DNA of 64,000 nucleotides from a virus: IMG/VR virus record IMGVR_UViG_3300027763_000037, positions 47,922 to 111,921 of that record; one strand, 5' to 3'. Shown piece by piece: positions 58,491 to 64,000 of this stretch (position 1 is its first letter; each line of letters starts with the position of its first letter). The notes under the pieces were generated by a model. It saw only the letters and a program-made list of their open reading frames with translations, ran no database searches and was not told where the DNA came from. The position numbers and the translations under genes were made by a program.

Positions 58491-58634
58491 ATGACAACAA
58501 AGAAAAACGCTGAGGAATTACGCAGACTTATGGAACTCCGTAGGTCTAACGCTGCCTCTGCCGTACCTTCTAAAAAGGCTTACAACCGTAAGAAATGTCA
58601 GTCCGAACTGCTACAATTAAAATATAACAAATAA
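58491..58634 (+). CDS. 47-aa basic leaderless microprotein with an ELRRSNAA motif
   Basis: ATG lies 6 nt after TTGACA-N18-TAAGAT; MTTKKNAEELRRLMELRRSNAASAVPSKKAYNRKK... Confidence 0.6.
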   Translation: MTTKKNAEELRRLMELRRSNAASAVPSKKAYNRKKCQSELLQLKYNK

Positions 58635-58650
58635 GAAAGGTCGCCCCACT

Positions 58651-58820
58651 ATGACATTCGAAAACGATGAAATCTATGATGAATACTACGCAACAACCTG
58701 CCCTGAATGTAAAGAAAATGCCGTTGACGCATATGAAGAAAAGTGTACACACTGCTTACTTGAAGAAATGTCTTATACCTATAATGAAGACATTGCCTTA
58801 GAGATGAGCCTTGGTCTTGA
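58651..58820 (+). CDS. Small acidic zinc-finger protein
   Basis: CPEC...CTHC; SD GAAAGG. Confidence 0.55.
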
Positions 58821-59551
58821 CTACTAATACCCTTAAACTAAAAAGATCTAACGATAGAAAGGTGGCTAATCTTGTCACAAAAAATGGAAAGCAAGCCGCA
58901 ATTGCCAACACCTTCGGATTACCTGCTGGAAAGGCTTTCTCGTGTCCTGGTGCCACTGGTGTTTGTGAAAGCGTATGCTACGCAGGAAAACTCGAAAAGA
59001 TCTTCCCTGGAGTAAGAACTAACTTACTACACAATTGGGCCCTGCTAAAAGACGCAGACTATTTAACTATGCTTAATCTCATTGCTGAGATGATTGCTGA
59101 GTTTAAGGCTGATTGTGTAAAAAAGAATGCGCCTATGCTATTCCGTATTCACTGGGACGGTGACTTCTTTAATGATACTTATACCACTGCCTGGTCCGAT
59201 GTGATCAAACTTAATCCTGATATTCAATTCTGGGTTTACACTCGTGTTAAGTCTGCTGCTCTCATCCTTAAGGATATTGAAAACCTGTCTCTTTACTTTA
59301 GCACTGATAGTGAGAATGTAAAAACTGGTGTTGATCTAAAAATTAATCAAGGTGTTCGTTTAGCATACCTTGCTAAGAATTTTGCTATTGGCCAAACAGA
59401 TATGAAAGAAATGATTGGTAAGCCTGGTGCTAAGTGTCCTGAAAATCTAAAATCAATTCCACTTATCTCAACTAATGGAAGCGCTTGCGTTTCTTGCGGA
59501 TTGTGTGTATACTCTAAAGCAGACATAGTTTTTTCTGCTACTAAGAAATGA
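58817..59551 (+). CDS. GP88-family protein with a radical-SAM-like Cys cluster
   Basis: FGLPAG-x-x-x-SCPGATGVCESVCYA, FRIHWDGDFF, FWVYTR and C-terminal CPE...CVSCGLC motifs. Confidence 0.8.
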   Translation: MTTNTLKLKRSNDRKVANLVTKNGKQAAIANTFGLPAGKAFSCPGATGVCESVCYAGKLEKIFPGVRTNLLHNWALLKDADYLTMLNLIAEMIAEFKADCVKKNAPMLFRIHWDGDFFNDTYTTAWSDVIKLNPDIQFWVYTRVKSAALILKDIENLSLYFSTDSENVKTGVDLKINQGVRLAYLAKNFAIGQTDMKEMIGKPGAKCPENLKSIPLISTNGSACVSCGLCVYSKADIVFSATKK

Positions 59552-59881
59552 GATAAATGAAAATTGCATTTGTAATGATACTGACGTACATTGTTATTAT
59601 TACTTTTTTTTCAAGTCCCCGCTGAAAAGTGGAGGGCCTAGCAAAATCCTAGCGCAAAACTTTTGGTTTGTCAAGCATTTACGATGTGTTTAAGATCACA
59701 CCCAAAACCCCTCCCGATTTGACATTTATGACATTTTTGTGCTACACTTATACTATAAACAAAACAAAGTAAAACTAAATAAACAGTTCTCACATAATGA
59801 GATTATCAGATAATAATTTGATAAATGTCAGTAGGAAATGTTATACTTAGGTATTACCCAAACAGAAAAGGAAAAACAAAA

Positions 59882-60049
59882 ATGGCAGTAACAAACGCAA
59901 CTTACAAGGTAGGCGACCTATACACTTCACAGAAGTCAAAGGTAACAGGTACTATCCAAGAAATCTCACCAAGCAAGGACGGACAATCAGTTCGTATCAA
60001 GTTAGATGTCAATGGCGCAACACGCTACACAACTTGGACAGCCAAGTAA
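59882..60049 (+). CDS. Small SH3/KOW-like protein
   Basis: YKVGD...GTIQEI...; start revised to ATG 59882 (SD AAGGA). Confidence 0.6.
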   Translation: MAVTNATYKVGDLYTSQKSKVTGTIQEISPSKDGQSVRIKLDVNGATRYTTWTAK

Positions 60050-60060
60050 TCTAATTACTT

Positions 60061-60088
60061 ATTCCTGAGCAAGAATTAAAAAGGCTCA
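60061..60088 (+). ncRNA. Pseudoknot motif, copy 2
   Basis: ATTC-CTGAGCAA-GAAT-TAAAAAG-GCTCA. Confidence 0.65.
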
Positions 60089-60152
60089 CTTAAATGTCAG
60101 ACCCCCACGCTATAATAGATAAATACCCCACAAACAGAAAAGAGATAAAAAG

Positions 60153-60575
60153 ATGGCAAGAGCAAAAGCAATAAATGTAAAAATCCCAACAGTTCGTGTA
60201 ATCGCAGGATTAGAGGAAGCACTAACTAAGTTAGAGGCAGACTACGCAACACAAGAACAAAAAGAAGCAGAGTTCCAAATTGCTTACAAGGCTTGGCAGA
60301 CAGAATTGGGAAAGTGGGCTATTGCTCATTTCTCAAAGGCTGAAAACCTCCGCACTAACTATCGTTCTTGGAACGAAACACTAAATGTTGATTTTGACAT
60401 CAAGACAAAGGAAACAGACTTTCCAACAGAACCTGAAAAGGATTTTGAGGTTATTCACTCCAGCACTTATCGTGAGTCAAAGAAAGAAATGGCTAATGCT
60501 ATTCGTATTCTAAAGATGACAGATGAGGAAACAGTAAATACCTCAACCTACAACGCAATCGCTCAGTACCTATAA
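60153..60575 (+). CDS. Hypothetical protein
   Basis: ORF with its own TGTCAG-N10-TATAAT promoter. Confidence 0.75.
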   Translation: MARAKAINVKIPTVRVIAGLEEALTKLEADYATQEQKEAEFQIAYKAWQTELGKWAIAHFSKAENLRTNYRSWNETLNVDFDIKTKETDFPTEPEKDFEVIHSSTYRESKKEMANAIRILKMTDEETVNTSTYNAIAQYL

Positions 60576-60610
60576 ATAATTAGGGTAGGAGGCTCAGAGC
60601 CTCTCCTAAC

Positions 60611-60638
60611 TCTCCTGAGTATGAGATTAAACTGCTCA
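60611..60638 (+). ncRNA. Pseudoknot motif, copy 3
   Basis: TCTC-CTGAGTAT-GAGA-TTAAAC-TGCTCA. Confidence 0.7.
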
Positions 60639-60688
60639 CATAATTAAATAAGTGTAGGGGTTCCAGAATAAGGATCCTGCCTCTACAT

Positions 60689-60713
60689 CACCTAAGTAAG
60701 TGTATAAACTGCT
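60689..60713 (+). ncRNA. Pseudoknot motif, copy 4 (degenerate)
   Basis: CAC-CTAAGTAA-GTG-TATAAAC-TGCT. Confidence 0.55.
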
Positions 60714-60829
60714 GAACCACGACCACAGAAATGCGTGGCTAAATAAATAGAGTGGAGAATTCGCCAGGCTGATTAGGGCGATCATAGAAATACTATAGAG
60801 TCAGTTCACACCAACTGTAAGAGGTGTAA

Positions 60830-60857
60830 ATACCTGAGTATGTATCAAAACTGCTCA
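60830..60857 (+). ncRNA. Pseudoknot motif, copy 5
   Basis: ATAC-CTGAGTAT-GTAT-CAAAAC-TGCTCA. Confidence 0.7.
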
Positions 60858-60918
60858 CCTAAATTTGTCAGTGGTACCCAGTACAATTGAATTAACCAAC
60901 TACAGAAAGAGGCCCCTT

Positions 60919-61347
60919 ATGGACCAGCAAGTAAGCACACCAGCACCAACAGTTAATGAAACACAAGAATTTCTTCGTGACTCTTTAGCCAAGACAACAT
61001 TGCGTGTAACACAATTAGAAGAGCACATCCAAAAAGTAACTCAGCGCTCATATCAAGATTCTGCAGATAAAAATCGTATGGTTGAATCAATGCAAGAATG
61101 GACTCTTTGTGAATTAGAAAACCAAGACATCACAGAAGAGCAAGCCGAAGCAATTGCAGAAATTATGGGCTTTGAATTAACAAAAGAATTCGAAGTTGAA
61201 GTTACTGTTATGTACTCAGTGACTGTTAATGCTCGCAATGAAGAAGAAGCACAAAATGCAATTCACGATATTGATTTTGATACTGTGCAATACAATTCAG
61301 ATTCAATTGGGTATCTATCGTCTTCAATTGATAGAATAGATATTTAG
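60919..61347 (+). CDS. Hypothetical acidic coiled-coil protein
   Basis: Start revised to ATG 60919 (SD GAGG); C-terminal V-x-A-x-x-EEEA domain. Confidence 0.7.
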   Translation: MDQQVSTPAPTVNETQEFLRDSLAKTTLRVTQLEEHIQKVTQRSYQDSADKNRMVESMQEWTLCELENQDITEEQAEAIAEIMGFELTKEFEVEVTVMYSVTVNARNEEEAQNAIHDIDFDTVQYNSDSIGYLSSSIDRIDI

Positions 61348-61361
61348 TAGGGGGCTACTAA

Positions 61362-61389
61362 TAAACCTGAGCACGTTTAAAAACTGCTC
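61362..61389 (+). ncRNA. Pseudoknot motif, copy 6
   Basis: TAAAC-CTGAGCAC-GTTTA-AAAAC-TGCTC. Confidence 0.7.
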
Positions 61390-61554
61390 CTCTTTTCCCT
61401 CAAAATTTTCCTAGCGTGTCGGTGTGATATTTATCACATATGTTTAAGATCACATTTAAGAAATGTCCGAATTGCCCTATGTCTGGCTATACGATTTGAC
61501 TTATGTCAGCCCATACTGCTATACTTGAAATTCAACAACAGAAAGAAGGAAATC

Positions 61555-62577
61555 GTGGCTCACGATATTGAAACTCAAAACGGCAAGGCATCATTCGCAT
61601 CATTCCGTGAACCTGCTTGGCACGGATTAGGTACAGTCTTTACAGAAGAAAAGACAACCGCAGAAATGTTGGAAACAGCAAATTTAAATGGTTGGAATGT
61701 TCGTCTTGAAGATATGGAAACACCTACACACTTAACAAGCGACAAGGCATACCAATATGTTTTGCGTACTAACCCTACAGATAACTCTCAGACCGACATT
61801 CTTGGAATTGTTGGCGAACGCTATCACCCACTACAGAATGAAGATTTATTCTCATTCGGTGACAATATTCTTGACGGCGGGGGTCGTTGGGAAACGGCTG
61901 GCTCAATCAAGGGTGGTCGTGTTGTATTCGGTGCTTTAGCATTAGAGCGTGAAACAATTCTTGACCCTAACGGCGTGAGCGATAAGGTAAAAACTTATTT
62001 GCTCATCAACACATCACACGATGGTTCTATTGCCATTCAAGCAAGCATCACACCTGTTCGTGTTGTATGCGCTAACACTCTTAACCTTGCGCTTGGTGGC
62101 GTAGGTCGTAAGAAGAATAAGGGCATCAAGCAATCTTTCAAGATTCGCCACACACAAACCGCTAACGGCAAGGTACAAATTGCTCGTGAAACTCTTGGTC
62201 TTGCTAATGCTTATATGGACGAATTTGATATTATGGCTAAGGCTATGATTGAAAAAGAAGTTTCTGCTAAGCAATTCAATGACATCATTCTTGCTGCTTA
62301 TGCTAAGCCAGAAAAAGATTCTAAGGGTTCAATGAAAAAGTGGGAAAATAAAGTTGATGTCATCAACGATATTTACACTGGTGAATTTAACGGAATGATT
62401 GCTGGTAATGCGTGGGGTGCTTTCAATGCGCTAACTGAACGCCTTGACTGGTATCGTTCTGCTCGTGGTGGTTCTAACGAATCCATTCTCGCATCAGCAT
62501 CAGGATTTGACCCTGCTATTAACGCAGAAAAAAATCGTTTGCTAAAAGTTGTACAAAATGTTATGTCCTTAGCATAA
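61555..62577 (+). CDS. DUF932 / TIGR03299 phage-plasmid protein
   Basis: AHDIE...PAWHGLG, LQNEDLF, ETAGSIKGG, NTSHDGS, TPVRVVCANTL and AWGAFNALTE motifs; GTG start with SD AAGGA. Confidence 0.9.
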   Translation: MAHDIETQNGKASFASFREPAWHGLGTVFTEEKTTAEMLETANLNGWNVRLEDMETPTHLTSDKAYQYVLRTNPTDNSQTDILGIVGERYHPLQNEDLFSFGDNILDGGGRWETAGSIKGGRVVFGALALERETILDPNGVSDKVKTYLLINTSHDGSIAIQASITPVRVVCANTLNLALGGVGRKKNKGIKQSFKIRHTQTANGKVQIARETLGLANAYMDEFDIMAKAMIEKEVSAKQFNDIILAAYAKPEKDSKGSMKKWENKVDVINDIYTGEFNGMIAGNAWGAFNALTERLDWYRSARGGSNESILASASGFDPAINAEKNRLLKVVQNVMSLA

Positions 62578-62584
62578 CAAAAAA

Positions 62585-62612
62585 ATATCCTGAGCAAGAT
62601 ATAAAACTGCTC
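62585..62612 (+). ncRNA. Pseudoknot motif, copy 7
   Basis: ATATC-CTGAGCAA-GATAT-AAAAC-TGCTC, 9 nt upstream of the tRNA. Confidence 0.7.
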
Positions 62613-62621
62613 TCCATAACT

Positions 62622-62695
62622 GGAGTGTTAGCATAGTTGGTTAATGCGCTACCCTGTCACGGTAGAGATCACGGGTTCAAGTCCCGTACACTTCG
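62622..62695 (+). tRNA. tRNA-Asp (GTC), no encoded CCA
   Basis: Acceptor stem GGAGTGT/ACACTTC; D-stem GCAT/ATGC; anticodon stem CTACC/GGTAG with GTC at 62656-62658; T-arm ACGGG-TTCAAGT-CCCGT; discriminator G. Confidence 0.95.
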
Positions 62696-62848
62696 CAAAA
62701 TTTTCTAGTAAAAATATTTCTAGCGGTGTGACATTTATCACATTCTTTATTAAGATGATCAATAATATTTCCCTGATTTAGGATTAAGATGGACTTAATA
62801 TTTCCCCCAAACCTTGCATTTGTCAGACCCCTGCGCTATAATTAATAT

Positions 62849-63067
62849 ATGACCAAACAAGTGGCAATATATGAAATGAACTACTCCTGCTCTCCTGGTG
62901 GCGTTGACTGCTGGGAAGCAACTATTCAAGGTTATGGGGAGAGCACTACCGCCTCTGACTTTAAGACTGCTGGACAGGCTCTTAATTGGGTACTTGACAG
63001 ACACCCTGACGAAATGTTAGAATTAGTAGTAACCTCACTTCCAGCATACGAAAAGGAATATGTATGA
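62849..63067 (+). CDS. Hypothetical protein (leaderless)
   Basis: ATG lies 6 nt after TATAAT. Confidence 0.7.
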   Translation: MTKQVAIYEMNYSCSPGGVDCWEATIQGYGESTTASDFKTAGQALNWVLDRHPDEMLELVVTSLPAYEKEYV

Positions 63068-63300
63068 CAACAGAAACCATAGAAGACCCAACAATGTATG
63101 CAGATTACTACTCTTGCGACCTTGCTATCTCTATTACAAATATCAAGGCTAAAAATGCACATCACGCAGAAGCAGTTATGCAAACCTTCATAGATGAGAT
63201 TGGCAAGATAATGACTGATGAACTTAGTTGGGATGACGCCCAATGGGATATACAAGAAAATGTGTTCCTACCTGAGTTAGGTGAGTGGCATACAAAGTGA
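63064..63300 (+). CDS. Hypothetical acidic protein
   Basis: ATGA overlap; SD AAGGA. Confidence 0.7.
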   Translation: MTTETIEDPTMYADYYSCDLAISITNIKAKNAHHAEAVMQTFIDEIGKIMTDELSWDDAQWDIQENVFLPELGEWHTK

Positions 63301-63600
63301 ATACCATTGACGACCTAATCAATGAAATCTATGAAAGCAATTACTCTCACTTAGAGTTTGAGGAAAATATGGGTGGAGACGCTTGTGACTGCCATATCCA
63401 CACTACACTAAATACTATTGCACATTACGCAGGGATAGAGGTAGGCTAATGTTAGGCTATACAGAAACAGATATTGCGGTAATGACAGATGCTATAGAAG
63501 ATGCTATCAAATCAGGTAGACTATCTGATGAGATCACTGATGGTTTAGAGAAGGCTCAATCATTTCTTGATGGTCTATGGGCAGAAGGGTACTTTGACTA

Positions 63601-63807
63601 ATGAAAGTTAAGATTGCTATTGAACAGATTATAGATATCGATGACGCTATGTCTAATGATATAGGGTTTGAACTCTACGGTCCACCTGATATGAGCACTG
63701 ATGATAAGGTTGATTATCTTATCAATAGATTTTGTGAGGACATAGATACCCTTGTAAAATATGATGAAGTCAGAGATCAAATCCAAGTAGAATACATAGA
63801 GGATTAA
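63601..63807 (+). CDS. Hypothetical acidic protein
   Basis: Coupled ORF in the small-gene run; two shorter ORFs lie at about 63297-63449 and 63449-63601. Confidence 0.6.
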   Translation: MKVKIAIEQIIDIDDAMSNDIGFELYGPPDMSTDDKVDYLINRFCEDIDTLVKYDEVRDQIQVEYIED

Positions 63808-63808
63808 T

Positions 63809-64000
63809 ATGTGGAGTAAGTATACATTTGTTTGTGATCCTGATGAGTGTGATGCCCTGGTTGAGTTTACTGTCAGAGATGACTTTGGCTTTCCCCTGGG
63901 GGTAGTGCAGATGAAGTGCCCTTGTGGTAGGTTCTTAAACTATATTAGTTATGAAGAAGCCTACGCTCCGATCATTACAGATGTGAGCAAGGTCACACCC
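63809..64000 (+). CDS. Zinc-binding small protein, open to the window edge
   Basis: MWSKYTFVCDPDEC...KCPCGR; SD GAGGA. Confidence 0.55.
   Translation, partial: MWSKYTFVCDPDECDALVEFTVRDDFGFPLGVVQMKCPCGRFLNYISYEEAYAPIITDVSKVTP

Noticed and set aside
56484-62612. Pseudoknot motif as a hammerhead ribozyme, preQ1-I riboswitch or CRISPR repeat
   Set aside because: It lacks the CUGANGA/GAAA three-stem core and the preQ1 loop consensus, lies 3' of genes, and is irregularly spaced.
1-64000. Terminase, integrase, DNA polymerase or an alternative genetic code
   Set aside because: No such motifs were found in this window. Long ORFs and tight gene packing under the standard code argue against stop-codon reassignment.

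Overview
This window is part of a large, AT-rich tailed phage genome (Caudoviricetes, siphovirus-type). An actinobacterial host is inferred from leaderless extended -10 promoters, PASTA domains, GP88 and DUF932 genes, and a monomeric class II RNR. Positions 1-51.6 kb are almost entirely minus-strand virion genes: tail tip, 3327-aa tape measure, two paralogous tail chaperones, tail tube, neck, capsid, protease/scaffold, portal and many fibre or decoration proteins. Mixed in are nrdJ, three 2OG-Fe(II) oxygenases, a GDP-mannose 3,5-epimerase and a POFUT-like glycosyltransferase. From about 51.6 kb the genes are mostly short, plus-strand, early-type ORFs, plus a tRNA-Asp. The most notable observations are: (1) a twice-occurring two-gene module in which a fibre ending in a WIL-x-GDLTA domain precedes a protein built from Phe-rich F-x-F-x-P repeats (one ends in a Hint domain, the other carries PASTA and TSP1-like domains), near hydroxylases and glycosylation enzymes, suggesting a virion appendage modification system; (2) a HipA/PI3K-like kinase domain inserted in the tape measure protein; (3) seven copies of a compact H-type pseudoknot with covarying stems, each downstream of an early gene; (4) a regulatory grammar in the early region: ten TGTCAG-N10-TANNNT promoters, eight perfect CRP/GlxR boxes, DnaA boxes and CGACACGC motifs; (5) tail chaperones gpG and gpGT apparently encoded by gene duplication rather than frameshifting. 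All family assignments come from motif recognition by eye; no database searches were run.
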